A stretch of 64,000 nt of DNA from Lingula anatina (taxonomy: Eukaryota > Animalia > Brachiopoda): positions 12,810,651 through 12,874,650 of the forward strand of contig CM120647.1 of assembly GCA_051362555.1 (NCBI GenBank), given 5' to 3'. The position numbers and the translations under genes are program-made. Of the stretch, positions 27,339 to 40,136 are shown one piece after another; within the stretch, counting starts at the first letter, position 1; every line of letters begins with the position of its first letter. The notes under the pieces were generated by a model, which searched no databases, was not told the DNA's origin, and saw only the letters and a list, made by a program, of their open reading frames with translations.

Positions 27339-28111
27339 TAAGGAATGGGCATGTCGGTTACACAATTTGAGTGATTTCAGATTAAAAAAAAAAAAAAAAA
27401 AAAAAAAACAGCAATAAAAGTATTACATATTTTTTCTGGTTTCAATGTAATTTGCCATTTACCAAACCAAAAGGCCTACATAGCCTATCACATGCTTCCT
27501 TTAAAAATAATAAAAATAGGGTAGATCAACAAATATACTTACAAAAAGGATCAGTTTTGTCTGGTTTGTCTGCGGCTATAGGCCTACACGTGCAAGTGTG
27601 GTTTACGGTAAGCTACGTTGATAAGACTAGTAGTTAGTAGGCCGTAGGTCCCTACCTGTATGTCAGATACAGGGGGTATGTTGTAGATATAGGGCCTAGC
27701 TGAAAAATAATACTACAGTAGGCATCACAGATTTTAGCGGCCTAGATATTATTTTCGTTTTCGAATAATACGGTCTTGATACTGTAAATTTAGACGTTTG
27801 TTCCTGCGTTTTCTTTGAATAATCTATGTTTAGTACACTTGGCTGTGCTGTTCGTCTCCTCTTTTTGAAAATATGGGGAAAATAATTTAACCTGTTATTT
27901 TTAGGCCTACGGGGTGTTTCTCTCCCTTTCACAAAGTGACCAGCTCGCTTATTTCTCTCTTTATTCGTCTAAGTGTTTATATAAATTCTAACAAAATTAT
28001 TTGACCATAAAGACCAAGGGACCTCCCTTTTATTATCCTCGTACTCAATAGCCAGCTAATCTATCTGTGAAAGTGGGCGAGCACCTGCTAAACAAATAGT
28101 TTTCAAAATCT

Positions 28112-28144
28112 CCGCCAGGTGGCGATGGATACAATATGGCGGCG
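28112..28144 (+). promoter_or_regulatory. CTCF-like and YY1-like motifs upstream of METTL24-like copy 1
   Basis: CCGCCAGGTGGCG (28112-28124) and AATATGGCGGCG (28133-28144) in the divergent intergenic region; motif match only. Confidence 0.3.
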
Positions 28145-28820
28145 TTTCCACTATAACCCCTGCTATAACAAAGCGGTGGTCACTTTGAAGTAAAGTTATC
28201 TCATTTGGACCAGGAAGCTAGTCTGGACTAACTGGGTAGCAGGTTGTGTTTAGCTTACATTCAGCTGCATGGTGTTGTATTTGTCGACGCCAGAGAACAG
28301 TTCACCCAGTTTCAGTACCAGTAATAACACGTACATGTACGTATAGATCAACGTTACTTCAACTTTATTTCACGTTTTAACTACCTGACTACATATTATA
28401 TAGCTACAGCACAGTACTTAACAGTATATGTTCTCACTGTGAAAAGGCGTTTATATACACTGTGAAGCTGTACTATCAGAAAATTATAAGTAAGATAATT
28501 ATTCCTAAGTTTATGAACTTAATTTGCTGAATGCTTTTTATTTCCAGGTAATTCCAGTTATTAGCTCCTCATTTCTTCATTTTAGCTACGTGGAGTTGTC
28601 GTCGGTATGATCAGCACAATGAATGCGGAAGCCGCAGTAGAACTTAACCAGATCTATAACTAATGAAGGGATATTGCACGCTAGGATAACTAGTACCCCT
28701 GCTACAAGAGAAAAGAGCCCACCACTGAACCACCCATGGCTTCATGGATTTATGAAGATTGTATGCTACCAGAAAACTCCGTGACATTCTGAGATACCCA
28801 GTTGGACTTGCAGTGTCACA

Positions 28821-28956
28821 ATGAATTTCCAAGGCCTACGTTTCCGTTCACCTTCACAAAAGGTGATGGTTGGCCTCTCAGTTGGGATTATTGTTGTGCT
28901 TTTGATGTTCTTGTGGATAATTCAAGGTCCCCACTTGGTAAGCTAGCTAGCTCTCG

Positions 28957-29013
<57 letters not shown>

Positions 29014-29833
29014 GTAACTCGAAATTTAGATTTTTCATATTGCCACTGCCCTGGATATCTATCCCAGTAAAAAAAAAAGAAATGAAAATGTTAAATATGC
29101 TTATTTTTGCCAAACGTTCATATCTCAGAAATTAAATAATCCTGGTAGCTATTTGTAAAAAAGCCAGACTATTCATTTCTTTTTAATTTCAGCATCTCAC
29201 AGGTGTCACATCATACAATCTGATGGATGAAATAATCTCGACGTTAAGGGATAAAAATGACACCGATGTCAAACAGTATGGGGACCCGTTCTTTTTTAAA
29301 GAAGAGCTAGGAGGGGAAATAGCTTCACCCCTACTGGGTGATGGAAATAAGATTATACCCAAGTTAAAAATGACATTAAAGGAATATGACAGACTAGAGA
29401 AAGGGTTTTATGGGTAAGTCATTTTTTTAAGATGTCCCTTTTAAATTTTTATTTTAAACTATATATTTAAGGATTTTTGTAGTTTAAATGTAATGGGTTA
29501 TAAGCAAGGACTGACATACATTAACATTTCATCAAAATTTTGAGTAAAATTGTTTATTTAACTGTGTTTTATATATGTATTCATTTGTTATTATCATTTA
29601 TAACTCTATTTATTTATAATTTGAATTTTTGAGATATATTTGTTTACTATTTAATTCTCATATATTGCAGCCATCTCATGCGCCAGCAGTACGACTGCCG
29701 TAATAGAGTTCGTGCTGGAATCTCTGAAGACGGAGGTTGGGAAGTTTGTATGGACCCACCGTTTGCCATTAAACCTGGCTCATGTCTTGTGTATTCTTTT
29801 GGGTAGGAATGAATGAAACCATATATATTGAGA

Positions 29834-29879
<46 letters not shown>

Positions 29880-31839
29880 CAGTGGTTTCTGTTAGATAAT
29901 ATTGTTCTAGTCAGTATATGTCTGGTTAGATACTGCCAATTTTAATTCAAAAATATTTTTAGCTACATCAGTAATACATTTAGCCAAAAATGTGTACATT
30001 TTGCATTTCCTGATCTAGAAATAAGCATAATCAGCTGTTGGCCAATATTGATAGGTTTAGCCCAGTTTGCACTCTTTTTGAAGGGTTTTATTAATTAAAA
30101 AATTCTGCAAATAAAATGAAGATCTTTATCCTTATGCATTAAACAACTTATATGTTAATGTTTTATGTTTATGTTTTGCGTACAGATTGGGAAATGAATG
30201 GTCCTTCGACAGATATATGTCAAAGAGCTGCACAGTGTATGGGTTTGATCCAAGGTCAGTAACACCACGTGTTTACAATGTAAAGTTACTCTTTGTTCTA
30301 AAACGTGGCTATGTAAGCCGTTTTACATATGCATATAATAAAGAACACATTTTTCAAACTGCTATGCTAAAACATCATCATTATTATTATTACAGTGCTA
30401 TTATTGTTATTATTATTACTATTATTATTATTTTATCTTACTCAGTATTGATAATAAATTTTCTTAAGAAACTGAAAAATTTGAATTTTTTTAAAATGCT
30501 GATAGATATAGATAGGTGATAATGTTGATAGAAGTTATTGCATATTTATTTTTTATGTTACCTTTTTCACCTAAGTCTAAGACTTTGAGCACACTGTTAT
30601 GTGTTTTTACAACTTCATGCTTGTTGCCTTTTTTGCATAATATCAAAAACGATGACATCAGTGTTTTTCAGCATTTGTCAGAAAATAAATCATAAAAAAG
30701 GCTAGAACTCTAACTTGTGACTTGGCAGATACAATGATCTAAATATCTTTATGGGGATGTATTTATAATTTTCAGCATTGGTCTAAAGCATGAGTATCAG
30801 GAGGTACAACCAAATATGTGGTTTTACAACATTGGGCTGTTTCGTGAAAACAGAATTGTCAGGTGGCAAAATGGACAAAGATGGACTCTCAAAACTCTCG
30901 GGACAGTAAGACAGATGCTGAAACATTCAGATGTAATAAATATTTCTTCTTTTATTGGTCTGTTTAAAGGCCATCGACTAAAAAAGAAGATTATCACAAA
31001 GCGAAAATGAATTGTCCTATTTCCCCAATTCGACCTTTATTAACCAGATTAATTCTCTGCAAAACCGTGAAAAATAGTTACAAGATGCATATTTAATAAA
31101 TATTAGTTACTAGTACTTTTATTCCTATTCTAAGTACTGTTCAAGTTGCATCTAAAGTAATTTTTAAAGGAGAAATGTATGTCATTAATAATGATAGTAT
31201 TTACATCTTATAAAGAGCATTCTGATATGGTCATTGCACTATATAATTATTAACACAACAGTGCAGTGTTAAAATCCTAAAATGTGATACAGTTCAATAC
31301 TTCAATTATGTTTATACAATATTGCTTTTGAACTAAAATTACAAACTTCTGTAATGCAAATAGGGAGTCATACAAAAACATGAACCTAATCTATAAATCT
31401 TTTTTTTTTTTTTGGACCAACTTTTATGGCCAGAAAAGGGTTATTAAAAACTGATATAAAGAGGTATAAAAGAACCGTTAAAATGCCACATTGATTCAAT
31501 CTCGCTTGACATTAATTTATTAATTTCTCATTTCAGGCAACAATAGACTACCTCAAAATGGATGTGGAGGAATCTGAGTGGGACGCTTTAAAAACTGCCT
31601 TTAAGGAAGGATCTTTAAAAAATGTTAAACAATTAGCCATGGAGCTGCATATATGGAACTTTTCTAAATATATAACACCGAAGCATGTATATGTATTGAG
31701 GAAACTAGAAGAACTTGGCTTTAAGATATTTTTCTCAGAAAGAAATGGGTCTTCGAGAATTAAGTCCAAATTCACTGGAAGAGTGCTGACGTGGGCCAAT
31801 AATGTTTATTTTGTCAATACGAACTATCTACAAACATGA
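28821..31839 (+). CDS. METTL24: Methyltransferase-like protein 24 family (Methyltransf_22/FkbM-like), copy 1; N-terminal signal anchor
   Basis: Exons 28821-28937, 29193-29413, 29671-29802, 30186-30254, 30776-30932, 31537-31839 join in frame. Motifs DGGWEVC, CLVYSFG, WSFD, FDPS, IDYLKMDVEESEW, KQLAMELH. Confidence 0.88.
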
Positions 31840-31873
31840 TTCACATAAGGGGAAAGGGATTTGAAAAGTTGCC

Positions 31874-32120
31874 GTCAGTATTACAGGAATAGTAGTCCTA
31901 GAAGTGGAAACCCGTGTCTCCATATGATTAGTGCAGGCTAGAGTTAGTCGGAGTATTGGGGTTAGTATGTGAAACGAATGTCACGTCAACAAAGTCAGGG
32001 GAGAACGGACTACGGTTCTTAGCGGACTACCACTAACCCTAACCTATACTAACCATATGGAAGCACGGACTTCCATTCCTAGGACTTTCATTCCTAGGAT
32101 TTTCGTTCCTGCCAGACTGG
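31874..32120. mobile_element. Palindromic element with CTAACCCTAACC motif directly after METTL24 copy 1 stop
   Basis: GGAATAGTAGTCCTAGAAGTGGAAACCCGTG...CATATG vs CATATGGAAGCACGGACTTCCATTCCTAGGACT inverted arms. Confidence 0.6.
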
Positions 32121-32708
32121 TTGACATAATGACCTCCATTACCCCTCAAACCTCAAGTGACAGTGGCCGCCGCACAAACCTTTTTACTTTTTTAGTTATG
32201 ACTGCAACATAAACACCTTGAGGTCAAACGACGTCTCATATTAATGCCATAAAGCAAGTTTTAATTTATTTGAACAAAATCATTTAGGGTCGTGTGAACT
32301 GTGATACGTACATTTCTCATACTCCTATGTTTATGAAGTGGTACCTCTATCAAAAATAATCTCGTGGGGATGAATCGATAACAGTGGTGAATGTGTTTTC
32401 GATTTTTAAAAAACACGTTTTATGATGTGTTTTGATGTCTCTGAAATCAGTATTGGGTCTCTGAAATAAAAGAACTACCAAGTTATTTTATTTAGGTTTA
32501 TGACTATATAAAGGGGTATGAGTCAATTTTGTTCATTAACGAAAAACTGCACTTTTTTTATCAACTATATTATTGACTAGGACCAGATCAGCTGTAAATA
32601 ATTTGACAAGTTATTTGATAAATATACTTCCAGAGCTTCCGGTTGTTTCCTTTGTCGTGTAAAAGACGGTTTTCTACGTAGGTATTTCACATACATAAAA
32701 GAAAGTAC

Positions 32709-32965
32709 GGCTGGGTTCCCATACCTAGATCGATTTAACAGAATCGATCCATCTCTGAGGGGTTTCTTGCTAAATTGCTTTCAGCTTAAGCGGCTTAGAT
32801 GTCTTGCACGCCTACTGAAGCTGCTAAACGATAATTGATTACCCCCTAGCAGCTTCAGTAGGCGTGCCAGACATTACAGCCGTTTAAGTTGATTGCAATT
32901 TAGCGAGAATCCCGTCGAATATAGACCCATCCACAGTTAGTACGATATGGTCGGGGAATAGTCCC
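32709..32965. mobile_element. Palindromic MITE family 1
   Basis: GGCTGGGTTCCCATACCTAGATCGAT...GGGAATAGTCCC; central inverted repeat GCACGCCTACTGAAGCTGCTA / TAGCAGCTTCAGTAGGCGTGC. Confidence 0.8.
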
Positions 32966-33371
32966 TTCGCGTCAATGCTGACATTAAATTGACACTAACG
33001 CGACAAGATATTTTAAAATCATAATGGACACGGTGGACTCCGGGGAGAGGCATCGTTCACAGAGCTGATGGAGGACACACATTTAAAAACGGATGATTAA
33101 CGAAACGGCCTTATTATCAGAGACAGAATATAAAACCCATTATCTTAACCGGGTTACAGTCATTACATCTCCGAAGACTGCGATTGCAATATGCAGTATT
33201 GCACGAGCCGTGAAAATGTTAATCTGCATGAGGATGTCAAGTTTAAGTTTAAACCAACTTCAACAATGAAGTTTATCAAGACACTTTCAAGGTTAGAAAT
33301 AAGAGAAATACCTTGATTAAATTTCGAACAAGCTCAGATAACCTACAAATAGAAACTGGTCGGCAAAATAA

Positions 33372-33838
33372 GACCCCATTCCAATACTAGATTAATCTAG
33401 CGGGATCGGCCCATCTCCGAGGGAATTCTAGCTTATTGCTTTCAGCTAAAGCGGCTTAGATGTCTGCCACACCTACTAAAGCTGCTAAACTATAGTTAAT
33501 TATCCCAGATTCAGTAGGCGTGCGCAACATCTAACCCGCTAAAGCTGAAAGCAATTTAGCGAGAACCCCCTCGGAGATGGGTCTATTCTGCTAGACCGAT
33601 CTAGGTGCAGGAACGGGGTCTAAGACTGGGTTCCCATAGATTTAGATCGATCTATCTGGATTGACCTAACTCCCCGGGGGTTCACGCTAAATTGCTGTGA
33701 GCCGAGCGCGCACGAAAGTTAATTACCCCTTTACAGCTTTTGGAAGGTGGGACAGACATTTAAGCCGACTAAGCTGGCAACAATCTAGTGAGATTCCCCA
33801 CGCGGATAGATCGATCTAAAATCTGTGGGAATGCAGTC
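33372..33838. mobile_element. Two adjacent family-1 MITEs (33372-33620 and 33624-33838) sharing a TAA
   Basis: TAA|GACCCCATTCC...GGAACGGGGTC|TAA|GACTGGGTTCCC...GGGAATGCAGTC|TTA. Confidence 0.8.
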
Positions 33839-34269
33839 TTAATCTACCCCCTGAACTTGATGACAGCTATTATGCACGCTATATAATCTTAAGGCAATAT
33901 TGGATGAAATTCACTTTATTACATTGTTCCCCCATGTGAGGAATTTAAGCGTGAGTTTAACCAAATTGTATGCAATGCAGATCCACTGTTTAATACTTCT
34001 TGCAACAAAAAGAAATACATTAAGCTAATGGCATGTGAATGGGAGTCTGTTATTATTGCACTAGCCACAGTCTATTCATTCATTCATTTTCGCAGGTATA
34101 TGCTGGTGCGTAAGATTCAGTCAATATTCATGTATTCAAATATTCATAAAGTTCTAAATTTGTGTATTTAGTGGGCACTCTAGCGCTATGATATCCTGAA
34201 AAACAATGATCAGAATTTTCATGGTTCACATGGTTCTTCTCAAATAATTGATTCTAGAAGTTAGGCTCA

Positions 34270-34362
34270 TCAGCAAAGACAAAAATCGCCAGCGTCTCCA
34301 TCGTGATCACATTCATTACAGTTATAACCCAAACACCATAATGACACGATCCAGTGCTGAAT
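34270..34362 (-). pseudogene. Degenerate C-terminal fragment of an SRCR exon
   Basis: Minus strand reads STGSCHYGVW / (frameshift) ECDHDGDAGDFCL; DNA resembles 42307-42400. Confidence 0.65.
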
Positions 34363-34825
34363 CCTTATCCCGCCCTTTCCTGGTCTTGGTTAATGTGCTG
34401 CTAAAGGATTTTCCAGCGACAGGACTTAATTTTGGCAAGAGCAGAGGTAGCAATTATGAGAGTTGTGAACGTTTTGGTTTGTACAGATTAAAGCTGTATG
34501 GTGCGGTGGAATAGTGCAGTGTTGTGATTGTGCTGGAAGCAATTCCCGGCCTGCGGGCAATTGCATAAAACCTGCATCGCCTGGAGTGCAGTGAATACTG
34601 AGTGTAGTTTGAGCCACGGCGGCAGAACGGTGCTAATCAGCACAAGAGAGACAGTTGCCAACTCACTCACATACTATCAACACAGTTTCACTACAGGATA
34701 ACTAACAACTCTAGTGGTTCGCAAGAGAGAACGGTTCTCCACTGAGCAGCTCAGAGTTGCAGAAAGTTATTAAGATATATGTTACCAGAGCACAGCGTGA
34801 TATACAGAGAGAGGATGTCACTACA

Positions 34826-37800
34826 ATGAAGTTCCACGGCCCATGCTTTCGTCCATATTTACGAAAGGTGTTTGTTAGCCTTTCGACTGGGTTTGTTGTG
34901 CTTTTGATGTTCTTGTGGATAATTCAAGGCTCCCAGTTGTTTTTCTCTCAAGGCACCAACTACCAAGGCTCCACATCTCAAGGCTCTACATCTCACGGTT
35001 CCACACCACAAGGCACCAACTCTGAAGGCTCCCCTTCTCACGGCTCCAACTCTCAAGGCAACCATTCCCAAGGCTCCAACTCTCAAGGCTCTACATCTCA
35101 AGGCTCCAACTCTCAAGGTACTAATTCACAAGGCACCAACTCTCAAGGCTCTACATCTCAAGGCTCCAACTCTCAAGGCTCTACATCTCAAGGCTCCAAC
35201 TCTCAAGGTACTAATTCACAAGGCACCATCTCTCAAGGCTCTACATCTCAAGGCTCCAACTCTCAAGGTACTAATTCACAAGGCACCAACTCTCAAGGGT
35301 CCAACTCTAAAGGATCCACGTCTCAAGTCACTAAGTCACAAGGCACTAATTCTCAAGGCTCCAACTCTCAAGGCTCTACATCTCAAGGCACCAACTCTCA
35401 AAACTCCAACTCTCAGGGATCCACATCTCAAGGCACTAATTCACAAGGCTCTACATCTCAAGGCACCAAATCTCAAGGTTCCAACTCTCAAGGCTCCCAG
35501 TCGGTAAGCTCCCCCACTATTCCCTCTCTCTCTTTCATTATTAATATAGTCAGGTTGCCAGCCCTGGGTTTGGTGTATGTTGGAATATCCGGAATAGATT
35601 TTTTTCTCATTGGTTTCCGCATCCTAAGAATCTCTGTGAAGACATTCAGAACAGGAGATCCGAGGATCTACTGAAAGAAACATTTCAACTTAAAAAATGC
35701 CAGCCGAAAAAGGGAAAACGCAAGATTTTGGTTTTGACTACAGTGTTTCATAATGCCCAATTATGCACAAGATATTATTAGTATGGTCACTGTTTTCAGT
35801 GACAGAACACCATGCAGTCCTGCAGTAGTTTTATGATACATTTGAGTGATTGCAGACAATGGCCATCTTTAGATTTTCAAACATCTCTTAAACTGAACCG
35901 CCAGTGTCAGAGAGTTAAGAGCTTCACTGGAGAAGAAAGGAAAAGGATGACTCATAAATCAGTAGACGCAGCAAGGTGCATTTTCTGACTATTATATGTT
36001 CATTATCAAATAAGTCATGTTTATCAGTGCTTTTCGCATCCTTATTGCCGCTGTGATAAATATAACTTGTGGATAACAAGTGCGTGTCTAACCCTGCCAA
36101 TTTTCAGAAAATTCAAGATGACTGCAACTTGCATTAGAACATAGGTTCTCAATGGTCTTTAGACGGTCATCTTTAATTCCCAAAACTCCCAGCACGCGCG
36201 CTTGTTTTCCACTTGACATATTATCACTGAGGCTATGAGGAAGTGAAAAACACTGACAAAGTAACTTTTATCTAATTTCATAATGGATGCTGGTAGAATT
36301 TTATAAATATTGATATATTCCTACATGTAAATGCCATTGGTGGCAATGTGCACTTTTCTCAAATGCACAAGGATATGCGCTTTTTATCCCGCCAGATATA
36401 TAATATTGGGTTTAAAAGGATACAGAAACCGCTGAGACAAAAATTTATCCTGTATTTTCCATGCACTATACTCCCTTGATTTATACCAGACATTTTCTCA
36501 CTTTTTAGTCAGGGTACATGTAGCATACTTAAGAGTTAACATTTTGCCATTGCCTTGGATATATATTCCAATGAAAATATAAGAAATTTATTATTTGTTC
36601 ACGCACATTTAAAAAGAAAAATGCAGAAATCACAGAATGATGATAATAAGGTAGAAAGCTTAACTATCCAGCTTTTTTTTTAATTGAGCGTCTCACGGGT
36701 GTCTCATCATACAATCTGGTGGATGAAATTACCATGGCGTTAATGGATAAAAATGACACCGATGTCAAACAGTATGGGGACCCGTTCTTCTATAAAGAAG
36801 AGCTAGGAGGGGAAATAGCTTCGCCCTTACAGGGTGATGGAAATAATTTTATACCCGAGTTGAAAATGACATTAAAGGAATACGACAGACTGGAGAAAGG
36901 ATTTTATGGGTAAGTCTTTTTTTCAGATGTCATTTTTGGATATTTATTTTAACAGACTAAGTCTAACCCCTTTTCAACACTGTTTTTAAGTATGTATTTA
37001 ATTATTTTACTGTAATGAATACTATAAAGTTTTGTATGACACACACATTGCCTTGTGGAGTTCAGCAGTAAGTATGTGACAGTATCCATTGTATAGACCA
37101 ATTAGAGATGGGTATCTAAAAGTTGTGGATTAAGATGCAAGTGAAAAACTTGAAAAATATGAATGTGTTTTTTTTCTGAATGAAGACACAATTTTCTTTT
37201 CTAAATTCCTGTTTTTATTACGTGATATTTAAGGTACTGTTGATGTTTTTTATAAACAAAAAAATGTCCTCCAAAACGTTCACAGAATGAATTCTGATAA
37301 TTTTATCCAAAATGACAAAATAACCCTTTTTGCGCATCATTTTTCTGCTTCATTTCTGTACCTTTGACAGCTTTGATGCCTTGGTTTCCTCACGCTGGGC
37401 ATTACGTTTCTTGGAATTTATTCTGTTTCTATCTTTCTTCTGTTTGGTTGTTGACGCTTCACTGGCTGCACATGGGTACATCTTTTAATGTGTCTTTCTC
37501 ATTTCTTCAATTGTTTGCAAGACCTGCAGATTTTCTCCACTCTATGGAGTAGAAGCTACTTGTGGTGGATCATCTACCTGTATTTCTGCTCTTCCAATAA
37601 AAGTGGATCATGGATTATGGTGGCAAATAAGTAAGGATGGGTTACAAAAATTAGCTTGCTGTTATATGATTTTCCGCCCCCAACCTCCACCCCCCGTGCA
37701 TGCTGACCAGTCATTTATAACTGAAAATGGGCTACAACAGGCATTTTTCCTATAAATGGACCACTTTTCGGAATGGCTGAATAAGCAGGGACAAACACAA

Positions 37801-38061
37801 TAATGCTCAATTTTTTTTATTTAACTGTGTGTTACACATGAATTCTGTTAATGCAATTGGCACATTTAACGCTATTCTTTCACAACTTTGTCTTTTATAA
37901 ATTTCAGTCATCTCATGCGCCAGCAGTACGACTGCCGTAATCGTGTTCGTGCTGGGACCTACGGAGACGGAGGTTGGGAAGTGTGTATGGATCCACCGTT
38001 TGCAATCAAACCTGGCTCTTGCCTTGTGTATTCTTTTGGGTAGGAATAAATGGAACCATAT

Positions 38062-38108
<47 letters not shown>

Positions 38109-38795
38109 CAATGACGAAAGAAGAGATAGAGAGATTTGCATTAAATGAATAGGTAAAATGTTTTCTTATCAGAATTCGATTATTATCGCTAAATCATTGA
38201 AAGATTTGTGACATCTGTTGGTGTAAGTTGTATATTGCACTTCCTAATGGTGTAAACGGACAGCTAATCTTGAAAAATGTTGTGAAATTATAACATTTAT
38301 TTGCAGATTTTGCAGATTTGCAGATTTAATGCAAATATGCATCTTTACTAAACTTGTCTTTTTCAATGAAGATAGCAAGAAAATGGTTTTCAAGAACGAA
38401 ATGAAAAGAAAAGAAAACCTTTCTATTAATACACATCTTTCTTCTTGTCATCACGCTAATGCTTTCGAATCAGTTGCGTTTAGGTACTTAACAGTCGGTG
38501 GTGCGTTTACAATCCATGTTAAACTTTGGCGTGAAACTGCATACAAGATAACACAAGATTGCAGAAGAAATGAAAACGTTTCCTTGTCATCTAGCGGCAG
38601 ACCCCCAGAGATGAATTTCTAAAGTATATTCTATATATTATTAACTAAATGAGTTATTGTGATTAGTATTATATGTTTATTATAAATATTTTGTATGTTT
38701 TGCATACAGATTGGGAAATGAATGGTCCTTCGACAGATATATGTCAAAGAGCTGCACAGTGTATGGGTTTGATCCAAGGTCAGTAATACCATTTA

Positions 38796-38833
<38 letters not shown>

Positions 38834-39996
38834 GTATTATTATTATTTCCTTTTTCAGTTTGGTCTATTTCATTTTCTTAAAATACTGATGGACATGTAA
38901 ATACCAGAATGATGATAAAAGTCATAGTTGTATTGTAATTCATTTTATCCTTTTTAACTTAGTCTGAAACCCTCACAAAGAGAGATGCCAGATCCTAATG
39001 TAGTTAAAAAACATTATGACTTTTGTTACAATATCAGTGTTTTTGTTAAAAGTATATTTATACTTTCAGCATCGGCCTAAAGCATGAGTCACAGGAGGTG
39101 CAAATGAATATGTGGTTTTACAACATTGGACTCTTTCGTGAAAACAGAGTTGTCAAGTGGAAGAATGGACAACAATGGGCCCTCAGAACTCTTGGGACAG
39201 TAAGGCAGATGCTGAAACATACAAATGTAATAAACATTCCTTCCTTTATTGGTCTGTTTAAAGGCAAATTAACAGCAAGAATAGAAATTCTGTAACTAAA
39301 TGGAATTACCTGAAAATTCCAACATTTTTTCGAAATGCACAGCGGCATGTTCTCGGTAATCTAGCAATTAAATTAAATTAAATTAAATTAGTCTTGAATA
39401 TGTATCATAAGGTAATTTTCAAAGGAGAAATAGATGTTAATTATAATGGTGATGTTGATTTCTTGAGCATTATATTATGCACAATTCAGTGCATTCAACA
39501 GTTGTATACATTTTATACTGTTCTTAGAATGCATAAGTAATTTAATTTGTTTATATTTGTACAATATAAATTTAAAAATATTAAAAAAAATACTACATGT
39601 ATAGTGCAAATAGAAAATTAAATAAATGATAAATAAATAATCCCCTTAAATGTCACATTCAGTCAACCTCGCTTGACATTAGTTAATTTCTCATTTCAGG
39701 CAACAATAGACTACCTCAAAATGGATGTGGAGGAATCTGAGTGGGACGCCCTAAAGACTGCCTTAAAGGAAGATTCTTTAAAAAATGTTAAACAATTAGC
39801 CATGGAACTTCATATTTGGAACTTCTCGAAATATATAACACCGAAGCATGTATATGTATTGAGGAAACTAGAAGAACTTGGCTTTAAGATATTTTTCACC
39901 GAAAGAAATGGGTCTTCGAGAATTAAATCCAAATATACTGGAAGAGTGCTGACGTGGGCCAATAATGTATGTTTTGTCAATAAGAATTATCTTTAG
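34826..39996 (+). CDS. METTL24: Methyltransferase-like protein 24 family, copy 2, with expanded Ser/Gln/Gly/Thr/Asn repeat stem
   Basis: Exons 34826-35503, 36689-36909, 37908-38039, 38710-38778, 39070-39226, 39700-39996. Exons 2-5 have the same lengths as in copy 1 (221, 132, 69, 157 nt); frame is open. Confidence 0.85.
34946..35500 (+). repeat. Coding 15-bp tandem repeat (~37 units, SQG[S/T][N/T])
   Basis: TCTCAAGGCTCCAAC-type units over 555 bp, with a 60-bp higher-order unit at 35081, 35171, 35231. Confidence 0.95.
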
Positions 39997-40033
39997 GACT
40001 GATTTGCATAAGGGGATTTAATCAAGAAATTTA

Positions 40034-40136
40034 GTAACTCGAAAACATCACGCATTGAGGCCGAGCGCAAGCGTCTCGATTTCATAACTCGCTCCATATA
40101 AAACATTATAGCCTCAATGTGATGCTTTAGAGTTAC
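40034..40136. repeat. Short inverted repeat downstream of METTL24 copy 2
   Basis: GTAACTCGAAAACATCACGCATTGAGGC ... GCCTCAATGTGATGCTTTAGAGTTAC. Confidence 0.55.

Noticed and set aside
27286-27408. Long poly-T followed by poly-A
   Set aside because: No associated retro-element body or target duplication recognised; homopolymer lengths are unreliable.
35504-35674. Hydrophobic C-terminal part of ORF 34757-35674 suggesting a stand-alone two-TM protein
   Set aside because: It lies past the GTAAGCT donor shared with copy 1, so it is intron read-through.
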